Assembly (NCBI RefSeq): GCF_006345805.1
Contig: NW_021832986.1
Coordinates: 1-64,000 of the forward strand
Direction of reading: 5' to 3'
Origin: Octopus sinensis
Lineage: Eukaryota
Length of the DNA stretch: 64,000 nt
The position numbers and the translations under genes were made by a program. The notes under the pieces were generated by a model, which saw nothing but the letters and a program-made list of their open reading frames with translations, made no database searches and had not been told where the DNA came from. This document shows, piece after piece, positions 38,991 through 52,438 of this stretch (the first letter of the stretch is position 1; the number at the start of each line of letters is the position of its first letter).

Positions 38991-39420
38991 CAGTCAACCC
39001 TTGTTAATCCGAAAAATTCAAATCGACTTTCCCTTCGGATTTCGGATTATGAAGGAATCTAAAATTTATATGATGTTAGATAAATGACCAAATTAGTAAT
39101 TAATTTACTAATCTGTTTATAAACACAATTATTTATTAAAAAATCGAATAAAGTTCTTTGTATAATGTTTTTTTAATTAATTTTATTAAATCATCCCGAA
39201 GACGAGTAGTTGAGTTCTTTGGAAGCTTTATAACTTTAATGTTTGGAAAATTGTTCTTCAAGAACTTTCAATTTCAAATTGAACCGATTTTTGAATCTAT
39301 ATAGCCATCCTTTGCTAAATTGCAGGTTTTCAATATTTAACTTTTATACCAATTCCTTTGCTTTAGTAATAGTAATTTCATCAGTCATGTAACCGTTAAT
39401 AGCATCCATTCGAGATATCC
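38991..39420 (-). mobile_element. Tigger/pogo remnant
   Basis: TA-CAGTCAACCCTTGTTAATCCG terminus; CENP-B-type HTH motif FSKGWLYRFKNRF on the minus strand. Confidence 0.65.
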
Positions 39421-41086
39421 ATTCTATCAATGAATTCTTAAGCAGATAATGATTTTTGAAAGCCTGTCTATAGTAAGTGTTTGATCAACAGATCAATTGG
39501 CGAAAACAACTGGACACAAACCACGATCTTCTTAATAATGATGTAGTTATTAGTTACTTTGTTTACTCTTTTTCCTTGTCAAAGATAGTTTCAATCAATA
39601 TCAAAATATCACTATAGTACGATTCGGGTTTGGGCCAGACTCCAGGGTGGTCCATCTTCGGTTTTTGGGGAACAACGCTTTTAGGAGAAGTTTTGAAAAA
39701 AGTCAATTTTTCATTATATTATTTATTTTTGATGGGTTTTTGTTTGGGCCGGTCCTGTACTGACTGTATTAACTCAATTCCATAGTATCAAAGTCACGGG
39801 ATTCTGGCTTATCAACCAGTATTATCTGTTTAGATTTGTCAAGATGGCTGACTTCCCAAAACATGTGTGCATCTCAACTAAAGTGCTTATTTATACCGAT
39901 GACATTATTATTACGGACGAAGCAGCCCTTCTGACAAGGTAGGAAATGAAACCAACAAATCTATTTAGAGCAAATAAAACAGCAAATAGCAGGAGAGTAC
40001 TTGACTCTGACTCTGAGTATTCGCATTGATATTCGGAGGTCCCGATCGTTTTGTACCTGAGAGTCTAATTTTCTAAAAATGGGAGATGAGAGAAAGACAT
40101 TATCCTAAGGAAAAAACGGTGTACACAAATGATCATGTGCCTGATCAAATTTTGTCTATCCCGGAGACTGTGCTATTTATTTTCAGACAGCTATTCTTCT
40201 CGTGCAGATTTATGAACTGAAGGGTGGAACTGGTTCCCCTTTAAAGCAAGAATTAAAACTACTGGAGAAAAGGAGATGATTAGCGCTTAAGATGGCCTTT
40301 GGCGTGAATCTGAGAGAAAAAATATTGAGCAGGTACGATATATTTTTTATAATTGACGACCTTGTCGAAAACCAGTTCCAAAAGTTCCTAGACGAGAGAA
40401 GATAATAACAATAAACGACTTACTGTGCAAGATCTACTACTGGCTCTTAATTTTATCTCCGCTATCTATTTGTGAAAATAAAACCATGTTATCTTATGAT
40501 AAAAATGGTGCTTCAAACCGATGTCGTAGTATATGAAACAAATAATCTGTTAAATCAAACAAAATCAAAACTTAATAGTCTGGCCCGCGAACATGGAACT
40601 ATTTTTTCGATTTTTCTTTGTTTTTGTTATTGGATAAGAAGAAAGTATAACATCATTTATTGAATTTAAAATTATATTTTTATTTATTTGGTCAAAATTA
40701 TCATATTGGGTTCTTTTTTCTTTTTCAATATTTTTATACCTTCTCTACTATTTATTTCTGTTCATAACTACAGTCCGACACCGGTTCGAGGCGCCAAAAT
40801 TTTCAATTTGTCCCAAAATGCGGGGGTGCCCCAAAAATTCAGGGTATTTTAAACATGCTTTTATTTTTTTGTTTATTTCACTTCTAACAAATGGTTCAGA
40901 TCTGGAATCTGATTTTTTACTTTTAAGTAGATAAAAAACATTAATGTTGTAGTAAAACTGAATTATAAATGTTTAAAATAGTTAGTAATTGTTCCTCCAA
41001 TTTTCTTTTTCCCTAACTGTTGGGTTAATTTTTTTCTAAATTCATAGTAAATTTGTAGATTTTCGGGACATTTTGCGTACATATTA

Positions 41087-41274
41087 TGTCACATGCCCCG
41101 CTCGTTACCATGCCCCGCTCGTTACCATTGCTCTAAACTTTTAAAAATTTCAATTTAAATTATTTAGATGATCGAAATATATTTATTTATTAAATTAAAA
41201 ATTAATAATATTATGGATTTTTATTTTTTCAATGCTTAACCATTATTATTAAAAAACAATAAATTAGGCATGCT

Positions 41275-41312
<38 letters not shown>

Positions 41313-43037
41313 AAATTATATTTAATTGCAAAAAATTGCAATTGGTTGCCCTAGTTATTAACTAACTAAATTCCCGGCATCGTAAATGGAAACACAGTTT
41401 CCACGTACTATGGCCAAGGAATCCTTTCGAAAAGCCACTTGGACTCGCGTGGGTCTCCCCGTTTATGGGAGATCATGCGGCCAAGCTTTTTTAGAAAGGA
41501 AAGAGACTTTTCGCCGATGACGCCGGAAGTCTCGACGGCGATGGGAGTGAACAGATACCGTTCAGAGAGCTCCTTGTACTTTCCAATCTTCATCTTCTCG
41601 GTTTTGCGAGAGACTGAGCCAGGCTCGACAGCTGAAGAAGGAAGGTTGAGCTCCGAGAAAGTGTCTGAACACGTCGCATCCCATAACAGAGACTTGCCGA
41701 ACTCAAACGGGAAAGTCGATAGGCCGTCGGGTCTTTTTCCGTCTCCCCTCGCAAGCCCGACGGGTTCGAGGATTGATGGGATCCCAGCGGCCGGCATGCT
41801 GTTTAATGTCTCGTTTGTATGTTAAGAATATTGATGAATATAATTATATTATGGACATTTTGAATGGTGTACCTATTGCCGTTTAACAGTCCGAAGCTTG
41901 TAATTACTTTGGATAATGAAGAGGAAATGGCTTTCCATTGCAAAAATTTTCACAATATTACTCACTGTGGGCAGAATGCTTTAGAACAGCACTGCCATGA
42001 CAATTGTGGAAAGGTTTAATCAAACCTTAACGAGATCCTTATCGAAAATGATGAAGAGTGAAGGGGATAAAAATTGGACAAATCACATAAGTGAAGCTGT
42101 CTATTTTTATAACCTTACTGTACATTCATCAACTGGTATCTATTTTATTTTTTTATTCTTAGGGAAGTCTCCTTTTATGAAATACAGAGGAATTTACGGG
42201 TTTAATACTGCAATTCCGGATGACATGGATGAAGAGAACATCGATGAAGATGAGAAATGTGATGAAAAACAAGAAGATTTTGATTTTAATTTTGAACCTC
42301 CAAATTTGAACAGCTCCTATTTCCAAAAAATGAATAAAAAAATGGGAGTACATGTGTCAAAATATTCATTTTCAGTAGAAGATAAGGTATCCGAAATAAA
42401 TTTTATGTATAGATAAGGATCCATAAAGATTATGGAACGAATCCGGCTCTCTCACTGAAAAAATTTGAAAGTCCTTATGGTGATACTGCTACGATCAAAT
42501 CAATCCTACCTAATAACCGCGTAAATGTAGAATTTTCGAATGGAGATACCAAGATAGTTCACATGAAAAGAATCAAAAAAATTACAAAATAACTAATTTT
42601 AAATTTTATTTTACGTTTTAAACTTGAGATCTATATATAATTTTGAACTAAAAACTGGATAGAGTTTGAGTTTTTATAAGAGATCTATAGATGATTTTGA
42701 AACTAAAAATTGGAGAGTTTAAGTTATTTATAAAACTATCAAATTATGTGAATTTTAAGCTTTTCACACAATTCACATAATTTAGAATATATTTTAATGT
42801 CTTTATCAATTAAAATTTTTTGTTGTATTAAAAATATTATTTTAATTTATTTATTTTAAAGCATCTTTTAGTATATCATAAAATTGTACTTTGATCGACC
42901 TTATATATTATTTGAATTTTATAGCCTTATGATTGATTATTAATTTTTCTAAAAAATGAAAAATCATTGATCAGTTATTTTTTAGAAATAACTCAGAGGT
43001 AACGAGCGGGGCATAGTAATCGCTGAGGCATGTGACA
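41087..43037 (+). mobile_element. Ginger-type element (integrase C-half) nested in pogo
   Basis: TGTCACATGC termini with shared GCCCCGCTCGTTACC subterminal repeats; TSD TATTA at 41082-41086 and 43038-43042; VERFNQTL...YNLTVHSSTGKSPF with introns of 27 nt (42136-42162) and 26 nt (42387-42412). Confidence 0.88.
41275..41797 (-). mobile_element. CRE-type element nested in the Ginger
   Basis: EPVGLARGDGKRPDG...WDATCSDT...PIAVETSG; poly-T at 41275-41308; TSD GGCATGCTGTTT. Confidence 0.9.
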
Positions 43038-44719
43038 TATTATATTCCAGTTTATTTAGTATGTCAATCATTCAAATTCTTCAGTTTCAATTCTATCATG
43101 AAATATTTCATCCTTTACTCAATTGAATAATTGTTCGTTTTCTACAATTCGTGAAATAACATCCTTCAAGTGCTCATCCGTCAGTCTACTTTAAAAATGC
43201 ACTAAATCATTTCTTTCTTGATTTATTTTGGCTCAACAATTTATTATAGTTTTTTCTTCAAGCATCTTCCACGTATAGCCAACAATTGCAATTACTTGTC
43301 TAAGTTAAATGTTTTTTACATATCTATCATCTTCAAAAGTCAATGTATAATTCATTAAATTATTTGAATAACAAGATTTAAAGTATTTTACAATTCCCAT
43401 ATCTAGTGATGGAATTATCGACGTTGTATTTTTCGGGAAAAACAAAATGATATTTGAATATTCACAACACTTGTGACAACTGGCGTTATCTAATATCAAA
43501 ACAATTTTACGCCTTTTATTAATTAATTCTTGAATATAGTCGACGTCATCCAAGAATTTTTTAAAGATGTATAAATAACTTCATTATCTTTTGTATTAAA
43601 ATTTTTCAGACACCTCGGAAATTTATATTTTGAAAAGTTTAAATAATTTTGTATTGATTGGTCTGAAGGGTACTTACCCTGACTTTGAGCATTAAAACAG
43701 GCGAGACGCATTTTTAAGCCGAGAAATGGTATCTAAAATAAATAAATAATTCACCAAACCTTTACTAGTGTTGGCATTTTAGCAATTTCACGTTGAGATA
43801 ATAAATTTTTTGTCAAATCTGTAATAATTTTAGATTTTATATCTTTAGTGAGAGAGTGCATACTCATAAAAAATTAACTAACGTGGTAATAAAAATAAAT
43901 TGACAAAAATGCTTTAAAATCAAAAAAGTTAATTAAAATTATACTTAATTTTTTGCTCCAATTCGAGTTTTATAAAATTGTTGGGAACATAAAAAAAATC
44001 ATTAATTACTGGCATGGACCAAAATACCAGGGTGCCCCAACAATTCCTCACAATGTGAGGGTGCTCCAAAAAGGCGTTCTGGCTGGGGTCGGACTGTAAT
44101 AGTTTATTATCAAAATCGGCCGAAGCAGGGAACGAAGACAAATTTATATCAAACTTAATTGAGTACCTTCCTAATTAGAAGGTTCATTGGCGTGGAGCTG
44201 AATACTTTATTTATCCAAAAGCTAAACTTTTATCGAAATTTCTTATTCCAACAGACCAGAATTATTATTAATGGTGTTAATCATTGACAAAGATAGTCTT
44301 ATATATAAATTACATACCTAATCCAAATAAAATCGAGCTTTTCTTGACCCTGATGATTTTAGAGTAATTAAATGCATGCCAATTTTTAAATAAAATAGTT
44401 AAAATGTGTGTAAATGAAAAAATCGTTTTATTCTGACATTTACGTTGGAGTATGTGAACATTTAGTTGAACTGTCTGACTTAGAGAAGAATTCAAATAAA
44501 TCAGTTACCACTTGTTATTTATTGAAGAATTCTTGACTAACACGATGGACCATCTGGGAACTAGATTCAATAAACGCTCATTTCAGATTACATTAAAACA
44601 TAATGAGATTGTGAGATGAATTTACATTAAAAACATTGATTTAGAATGAAAATAAAAGATTAAAAAACTACTCAATTTAGATTATTATGTCAAATAGTTT
44701 GTTTATTAATAAAAGGACT

Positions 44720-44980
44720 AGAGAAAAATGGTCATTGGCAGATAGACAGAGTATTGCCTCTGACTATGGCTATAAATATTCGTTCGGTTAAATACCGGTA
44801 CTCACCCTTTTTATTAGTGAGCCAATCCGTTGGAGTAGAGTCCGAGTAGAAGGCTCCTGTATTCCTGACGTCTCAGCAATTAAGGGGACAAACACTCTGT
44901 CATTCCCAATTCCATTCCCAACTCACTCTTCCTCTTCTCAGCCCGTTCAGACGGGGCTCCCGGATTTTCGATACACAACT
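44720..44980 (-). mobile_element. CRE-type 3' fragment
   Basis: ERAEKRK...PLIAETSG...ERIFIAIVRGNTLSICQ*; same subfamily as 47570-47677. Confidence 0.75.
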
Positions 44981-46594
44981 TGATATTCTGATGTTTGTTT
45001 GAAAATATAAATTGCAAAAAGAGCCGTAACTAAGATAAACATTATATAAAAACCTGATATATTCATTTAAGAAAAAATGATGATCTAATGTGAATTATTG
45101 AAGTTGCTGCCACCGCAATAGATAATCTAATACTTTTAAACATTGAAAAATTTGCAAAAAATGGCATTCTAGTCAGCAATTAAGAGTAATTCACATGGCC
45201 AAAGTGAAGGTTTTAGTTTTTGTGTTTACATTCTTAACGACTTCTAAAGATATCTCATAAGTTGATTTAATCTCAAGATATAACAGTTTTACTCCGATAG
45301 AAGTCGCTTTAAAACTGGCAATCACTTTGCCACGTTTGCCACTTTTGAAAACGAATGGCCTCTGTGACTTATCAAATTTTTAGGATAATATTAAAAGTAA
45401 CTATTTGCCTCAAACAATGGAATTATGCTCGAGATCTCTGCTTAAGAACAAAGTCTGCTTCAAATATTAAGATAGATTGCTAGAAACATTAAGAGCACAG
45501 TTAGCAAAAATTCAGGAAATGAATCCAAAATCAACTTTTCAGTCAGGGATTAAAAGAAATCTCACAAAAATGGAATTTTTTTGTTACCAATTTCAGCTAG
45601 AAAATAAAAGCATTGTTTAGTTTCAAAAATAAAGCACTTGATATGACTTTACCTATATTGTTAAGAACACTTGATGTGACTTTACAATATAAATGCGTAT
45701 TATTTAACAGCGTGACAAGTCAACACTTAAAATCTATTCATTTCAATACTAAAACGATGATCTAGTAGGAAGATATCCTTTTAATCAACACTAGGATAAG
45801 AAGCATTTTTTAAAAATTCTCTGGCTCATGTCTAAGGAATAGAAGAATGGTAGTGAATAATGGTTTATGCCTATCATCGGAGAAATTTGCGGTAACTTAA
45901 TGACTAAAAACGGAGGAAAAACAGCTGAGTCTACTCTTAATCACCGCTACGACGGTCTAGTATGGGTCAAACAATACAGTAACATCCATTTTCATAGCCA
46001 GTTAATTCGACTGCCGTTATTAACCACTCCTTATACTCTAAAAGTAGATTTTCGACAAATAGATTTGCAATTTTTTTTCTCTTAGCCCCCAATAAATCTC
46101 TGTACCCCAGTTTGACAACCATTGCCTTACAGGATTCTGATTTTATGGTCACCTCTAAGTTATCCTAATCAAATGACACATATTATGATATCCTGTTTGT
46201 GTCTAGTTAACTCCCTTAACCAGGCATTTTGATTAATCCTGCAGCGCAAATCACAACTACTAGAATTGGCCAATTTGGTCTAATTTAAATGTGCTTCTAA
46301 TCAGTGAGACATCTCCCACTATTTAGAATACTACGCACTCGTTCTGAATATTCGCTCTAACACATGAAACAAACACTACCCACCCTGAAAGAAATTTTAA
46401 ATAAAATCAGCTAATATTTTGTCCATAAACACAGCTTTGACAATAGATTTTCATGTCTAAATTTCACGAGTGATTGATTTTTGGCTGACTTCATCTTAAC
46501 TAGGTATACTTTTACATTTTTAGGGTTTTAACGCATAAGGCATTACTCCTTAGCAAGTCTTTACCGCTCCACGACTCTCAGAAACGGGTTTCTA

Positions 46595-47120
46595 TGATAT
46601 TATTTATTTACCCCCGGCCCCTTCAATTGAAGGAAACTGGTGGCTAACAAGAACAAAATTGTCAATGTCGGACGCTCCCAAAGATCCCCGATCGCGATCC
46701 GGTATTTTGAGGAAGCAGAAGGTAAGCCTGGACACGAGAAAAAGTTACTGAGAGAGTGGGAGTGCGTGGATTTGGCAAGGCCTATTTTTCGACGATAATA
46801 GTGTACCGAATATGATGGCCACAGCGGAGACAGGCCAAGTTCACTCGGGCTTCTCTCAAGAGGGAGGATTCGTTGTTGTTTATTGGTGGCGGAATGCGTC
46901 CCAGAAACTTGTTTATTCCAAGACATTTGAATGCTTTCGTAGATACCAAGTCGTGAATTCTCTTCTGGTTATTGTCCGGAGGAAATGGTTTAAGCATGCG
47001 GATTTTGTCCGCGAGGGTCGGAATTATTTTCCTGTTATTAGAGGAGTGCCAAAGAAAGTAGGCGGGGTGATTTGGTGTTCGGCAATTGTCAAGAAATTGT
47101 TGCCAGAGCTTTCTACGATA
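46595..47120 (-). pseudogene. I/Jockey-group LINE 3' end
   Basis: ARVNLACLRCGHH...HS...FFSCP C-terminal Cys/His region, followed by a TAAA tail. Confidence 0.65.
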
Positions 47121-47553
47121 GTTTTATTTTTATTTATTTTATTTATTAAACACCAAGACCACAGTTAAGACCAAACTAATTAGCGTGTGATCCCGACGCA
47201 CTTCGACGGAGATCCCCCGGAAAGGTTCAATCCTATGCAAAGTGCATCGTACTGCGACGACGATGTCCCAGGGGGTAGGAGAGCTATTGGTCCTTTTTCG
47301 GTGAGCATTAGGTGCCCCCTCGGCGTTTCCAAATCCAGTAGAAATCTCCAAGTGAATTTGTTGGACCACGTAACGCCTTTCTAAGGCCGGATAGGAAGGA
47401 GATCCCTTTTTGACATACTGTGTCGTGCCAGATGTACTCGTCACCTTACGGGCAAAGGAACTTCGACGAGTTTAACCCCGACTCCAAAGTAGCCTCTTCT
47501 GGATTCGAACCCACGACGGCTGAATTCCAGTATCCAGAGCATACTCTTCACTC
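47120..47553 (-). mobile_element. tRNA-derived SINE (5'-truncated head, about 330-nt body, (AATAA)n tail)
   Basis: Minus-strand head with T-arm/B-box GTGGGTTCGAATCC; non-coding GC-rich body; A-rich microsatellite tail at 47120-47145. Confidence 0.65.
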
Positions 47554-47569
47554 AAAAGTTATTTTTTTT

Positions 47570-47677
47570 TTAATTAAATTAATTTATTTCAAATTAAAAG
47601 AGAAATAGTCATTGGCAGATAGCCAGAGTATTGCCTCTGACTATGGCTATAGATATTCTTTCGATTAGATACCGGTG
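47570..47677 (-). mobile_element. Short CRE-type 3' fragment
   Basis: ERISIAIVRGNTLAICQ*; TSD AATAACTTTTGAG on the minus strand. Confidence 0.75.
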
Positions 47678-47974
47678 CTCAAAAGTTATTAAATAATTCT
47701 CGATTAAACTAAACTTTATTTGGTTTATAACTAGTCGATTAAAATATTTTAATTATTCAAAATATAATTATTCAAAATAGAACAATTACGTGTTACTTTT
47801 GTAATCTTATCTTACTGGTGCGTGATGAAACCTATAGATAAGTGGAATTCTGTCACAGCAAAACTGACGACTTCTGATTCTATAAGCAAAGTTCATTTAA
47901 TTTACATTCATTCTAGATTTTTAGTCGTCGTTTTAATATTATTATTATTAGCACTGTCATAGGAACATAATGTA

Positions 47975-50200
47975 ATTTAAACTAATTAAGTTCCCACATG
48001 TGCCACATATGAGACTATCTTTTCGGTCATAATTTTCCATGATGTGCGGTTGTATGCTATACTCCTGAGAGTATCTAGGTCGTCTCCATTTTTCAGTTGT
48101 CTTTTAACGCGTTGTAGTTCTTTTGAGATTACAATAGGTAATGTATTTCGTGGGCGTCCTCGGGACGCAGATCTTTCGTCCTTTGCGTAATATGATTCCA
48201 TTGCCCAGTTAGCATAAACATCCCGGTCGAGTCTTAGAATGTGGCCCAATAGGCGCCAACGTGCTTCGGTAATGTCCACACTGACGGGTCTGCTGTTGCA
48301 GATATTGTATAGGGTGGAGTTCTTGATTTTCTTTGGCCAGTTGATGCCAATAAGAATTCTTAACTGTCTTCTATGGAATGCATCAAGAGATTTTGATTCA
48401 GACTCAGATATTCCCCATGTTCCTCCGTTGTACAAAAGTATGGGTTTAATAAAAGCATTGTATAATTTGGCACGTAAGGCCGTTCCAACCTCGCGGTTTC
48501 GTAGCCAAGTGGTCCGCAGTTTGTTAAGTGCAACAGTCGATAGCATCTTTCTCCTCATAATGTCTTCACTATCTCCTAAAAGAGTTCCAACTTTTTTCGA
48601 GTTTCGCCATTTTTCGTCTGTTCTATTTGCCTCCCGGTTGATTGTTACATATTCGGTTTTTTCTATGTTCACTTTTAAGAACCATTTTTCCAGTGCATGA
48701 GGAGCAATGTTCAGCAGTTCTTCGAGTGTCGACTTATCATGAGACAAAAAGTCTACATCGTCGGCATATATCACTTCAGTTATTGAAGTAGTCTTCACTA
48801 GTTTTCTCAGATCTCTTAGTGCCGCTTCAAGATAGACAATGAATAGTACAGGTGATATTGAATCACCTTGGGGCGTTCCAATGCTTGTTTTGAAAGATCT
48901 TGATTGTACGGGTCCGATCTTCACCGTTAACTCGGTGTCTATAAGTAGTGCTCGAACCATTCTGATCGAGTCATTGTCAAGAATAGTTTTGAGGATCTCC
49001 ATTAGCTTGTCTCTGCGGATTGTATCAAATGCCCTGCTCATATCAATGCCCAATATTGTGGTCGCCATTTTAAATTTCTGAGATATGGCACAGATCCATC
49101 TATGTCCCCATACTACATCTGCAGTTGATCGCCCAGGCCTGAATCCACTTTGGCTAGCCGACAGATATTCATTAACAGGGTCCTTAATACGTTCCAGTGT
49201 TACGAGCGAGAAGATTTTCCTTATTGTGTTCAAGAGTATGATTGGGCGAATGTTGTTAAGAGGACCTTGCGGCTTGTTGGGTTTTGGAGAGGAATTAGCG
49301 TTCCTTTCCCAATAGGCGGTATGGTATTTCCATGGAACATCTCGTTCAGGAGATTTGTGATTATAGTTGAGATCTCCATTGGGGAGTACTTTATCAATTC
49401 ACCGTTGATGTTGTCTGGACCGCCGCACGGTTGTTTTTTAATTTTTTATAGCCTTCAAAACTTCAAGGTGTGTTATTTTGTTGTTTAGATAACGTTCTTC
49501 ACCCTCATCGAGAGCATCGGCCCTGCCATTGAATAGTATTTCGAAGTGGTCGGCGATTGTATTTACCATTTCGATTGGGTTTCCAATTGTTTTCCCATGT
49601 TCATCGTGCACAACCAGTTTTGTTTTCTGTTGTCGTCGGCGTAGTAGTAGTTGATGGCTGCGTACATTTGCGCACCATCCTTTAAGTCTTCAACTTCTGA
49701 TATTCGAGAGTTTAATAAAGCTTTCACGTATTTAAGATTTTCCTTCTTGATTGTTCTCGATATTTTCCTACGTTCTCTTTTGAGTTTTTCCTTTGCCTCC
49801 TTGTCGTTGGTGTTTTCAATTTTCAGTTGGATGGCTTTTTGTTTTGTTGCCATTTCGGCAACATTTGGATTCAATGGGTTTGAGTGGTTTCTGAATGCAG
49901 TCGTTCCAATGGTTTCCGTTGCAGCTTTGTGAATAAGTTTTTCTAATATATCCCAGCTTTTGTTTGGGTCTTTTACCGTTTCTGTTACTTTTAGGTTTTC
50001 GATGATTGCCTGGGAGTATTTTTCCTTGGTAACATCTGATGTAATCAGTTTTTCCACTGAGTATCTAATTCGGTTTGATTCATTTTCTTTTGAAAGAGGC
50101 GATCCAAAAATTCTTTTCAGTCTCAATCGTGCCACAATGGCTTTGTGATCGCTCAGTGTAAGTGCCCCGCCATATGACCTGGCATCCAGCAATCGATGTC
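47975..50200 (-). mobile_element. 5'-truncated RTE-clade LINE with a near-complete RT
   Basis: End of APE (RSYGG...SDHKAIV) in 49563-50192; RT 47986-49233 with SQSGFRPGRST, GIDMSRAFD, GTPQGDSISP, YADD, LLYNGGTW, RWRLLGHILR. Confidence 0.92.
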
Positions 50201-50763
50201 GTTTTAATGCTAAACAAAATCATTTTTTGTTTGATGCGAAATTATTAGTGGATTTTATTATGGTTTTTTCTATCACTGTTGCCACTGTTTATGATTATGT
50301 ATATCCTTTTCCAAAATCCAAAAATTTGCTTATAACATGTGTTTCAATGTAATATTTTATGATTAAATATTCATTTTAGATATTACATTTTTTGTCCTAT
50401 TTATTATTATCTTTATTATTGTATTATTGGCGACATTGTTTACGAAGGAACAAGCCCAGACTGTGCTTGTCGTCGTCCTGATATTCAGTACAGAGTTTCC
50501 ATTAAATCTCAAAAGTATTAATTTTCTAAAAATATTATTAATTTTTAATTTAAGCTAGATTTTTCAAGTTTTATTTACGCAATATTTTAGATATTCTTCA
50601 ATTTTTCTGATCAAAATTCAAGGACGTTATAAACAGAAGTTATTGTGGAATGAAGTAAGTAATACTGTAAGCTATTCGGAATGGTTTGACACTAACGGAA
50701 TGATTCTGGAAGATGTTTTGGCTGATAAACTAATTATTTTAATATCTGAACTCAATAATAAAA

Positions 50764-50940
50764 ATTCTTGGCTCCTGGAACGTCTGTCGATTGCTGTGAT
50801 CCGAGGGAACGTCTTCGCCATTCGCGCGGCTGGTCGGGTGTCTCGTGAGGCCTTTAACTAACTTAGCTATCTGTAATTTTTGCCTTGTTTGTATAAATTA
50901 AATTTATATTTCAAAAAAAAAAAAAAAAAAAAAAAAAAAT
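50764..50940 (+). mobile_element. Short CRE-type 3' fragment with long poly-A
   Basis: SWLLERLSIAVIRGNVFAIR; A-run 50913-50939. Confidence 0.8.
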
Positions 50941-51893
50941 AGTAAAATAACTAATATTTTTTTTGGTTTTTAATCTGGTCTTAATTATTCTTAAATGCTG
51001 ATCATTTATTTAAAAAGCTTGAAAAAAGGAAATATTCGGTTCTTGGTCTTTGAATTCTGAGTTTTTTGGCTCCTCGGGGAAATATGTTTTGCGTTTACAG
51101 CCTGTGTTGTTGGGGAGTATCCGAGTGCCGGGTGGGCTGATTGGTTAGTTATGGAGAGTAATGGTCAGGGAAAGTGAAAGGGGTGATTGAGAGGAGAGAG
51201 GGTGGTCAGTGAGGACTTGTCTAATCTGAGTGTGTTTATGTGTGATTGGTATATTCCGATGGCCAATTCATTTGGGATTGAGGAGGAGATAAGAAGTATG
51301 ACGAGGGGGACGTGTAGTTGTCAGTTCAAGTTCTCATATTGGGAAGTTGTGGCGGAGGGGTGTGGAGATGATCGCCTGGGTGACAAGCTTGTGAAGGAAG
51401 TTCGGCTGAGGAAGGGATTGGTTACTCAGGAACACATTGTCGGGGATCCTAATAAGCAGAGGACGTTGGCTAGGAAAAACCTATTTTTTGCGGACTCATA
51501 ACTCCGGAATTTTCTACTGATACGGGAATAAAACTGAAAGAATCTCTAAACCAGATGTAATTTTCCTTTTTTATTCTTGATTTTTAAAGCGACAAGAATA
51601 TAATTTGTTAAATCTCAAGGCATGTCGTTTGTGTCTTGACTGAAACAAATGATAAAAGAAACCAAACAAGAAATGTAATAATAAAGCAAATTAATATACA
51701 CCTTGCCTATTCTTAAATATTTCAAATAAAAATATATAATTGAACACAATGTGCAACCTTTATTTTTAAAAAAGGTATATTGTGTATTAGGAAATATTTA
51801 TTTTTTTATATTTACAATTTTATAAAAAAGGATTAATTGACAAAAAATTGACACATAGTAAATAATAATGATAAAATCGATTCCCACATCAAT

Positions 51894-52438
51894 TCAAGAC
51901 GTGTCTGGTCCATTACCATAAGGGTGTACTTTAAAATTTTTAACATCAAAATTATCAGGAATAATCTAAAAATGTTATTTTCGTAACAAACTCCATTTTC
52001 TTCGGCTTTTTTACCAGGAAACTCAAAATTGTTAATTTTTCCAGAATCATCCCATAAAACTGTTCCCTGAAATTATTTAAAAAATTATGTAATCACAGTT
52101 TGCGACCAATGTCTTATCATATCATTGTTCCAGAAAATATTACTTGATTCTGTTTTAGATCTTGTTAATTTATAAGACGGGAGAACAACAAAATTATCTG
52201 TTGACTCGGGCATTTCCCCTTTAATCGGTTTCAATGAGCGTATCTTTATCTAACTAACATAGCAATCATATTTACATTTAAACTATCAGGATTTATCGCT
52301 TCAGCATTAGGAGATAGATAAGTTTTTTTTACTCCATTTCTGATGTCTTCACTGGTTTTTTTCATATAGTGTAACTGCTAAAATAGTATTCATTATCAAT
52401 AATAACTAGTAATAATTGAGTTTTAACATAACCCACAT
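51894..52438 (-). CDS. Orphan secreted protein (about 140 aa, 5 exons)
   Basis: MW^LLLIMNTILAVTLYE...NPDSLN^IKIRSLKP...HWSQT^GTVLWDDSG...EENG^IIPDNF...GPDTS*; four phase-0 GT-AG introns of 26-30 nt. Needs removal of one A in an A7 run near 52350. Confidence 0.7.

Larger units (their letters stand above)
40771..44096 (-). mobile_element. pogo/Tigger element hosting nested insertions
   Basis: CAGTCCGAC termini with TA on both sides; DDE_1 remnants KIVLILDNASCH...FFPKNTTSII and NSWMTSTIF at 43305-43711. Confidence 0.82.

Noticed and set aside
38045-45355. About 110-bp inverted repeats as TIRs of a 7-kb element
   Set aside because: The left copy continues into RTE RT motifs, so these are two LINE fragments in opposite orientation; no TSD seen.
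47490-47553. Functional tRNA gene
   Set aside because: No 5' acceptor strand or complete D-arm; it continues into a SINE-like body.
44727-47680. Repeated 70-bp motif as a novel ncRNA
   Set aside because: The reverse strand translates to the CRE C-terminus (IAIVRGNTL).
15820-47880. Hammerhead ribozyme cores (CTGATGA/CTGACGA hits)
   Set aside because: I could not find the flanking stems and a correctly placed GAAA for the hits I checked; an Infernal search would be needed to exclude them fully.
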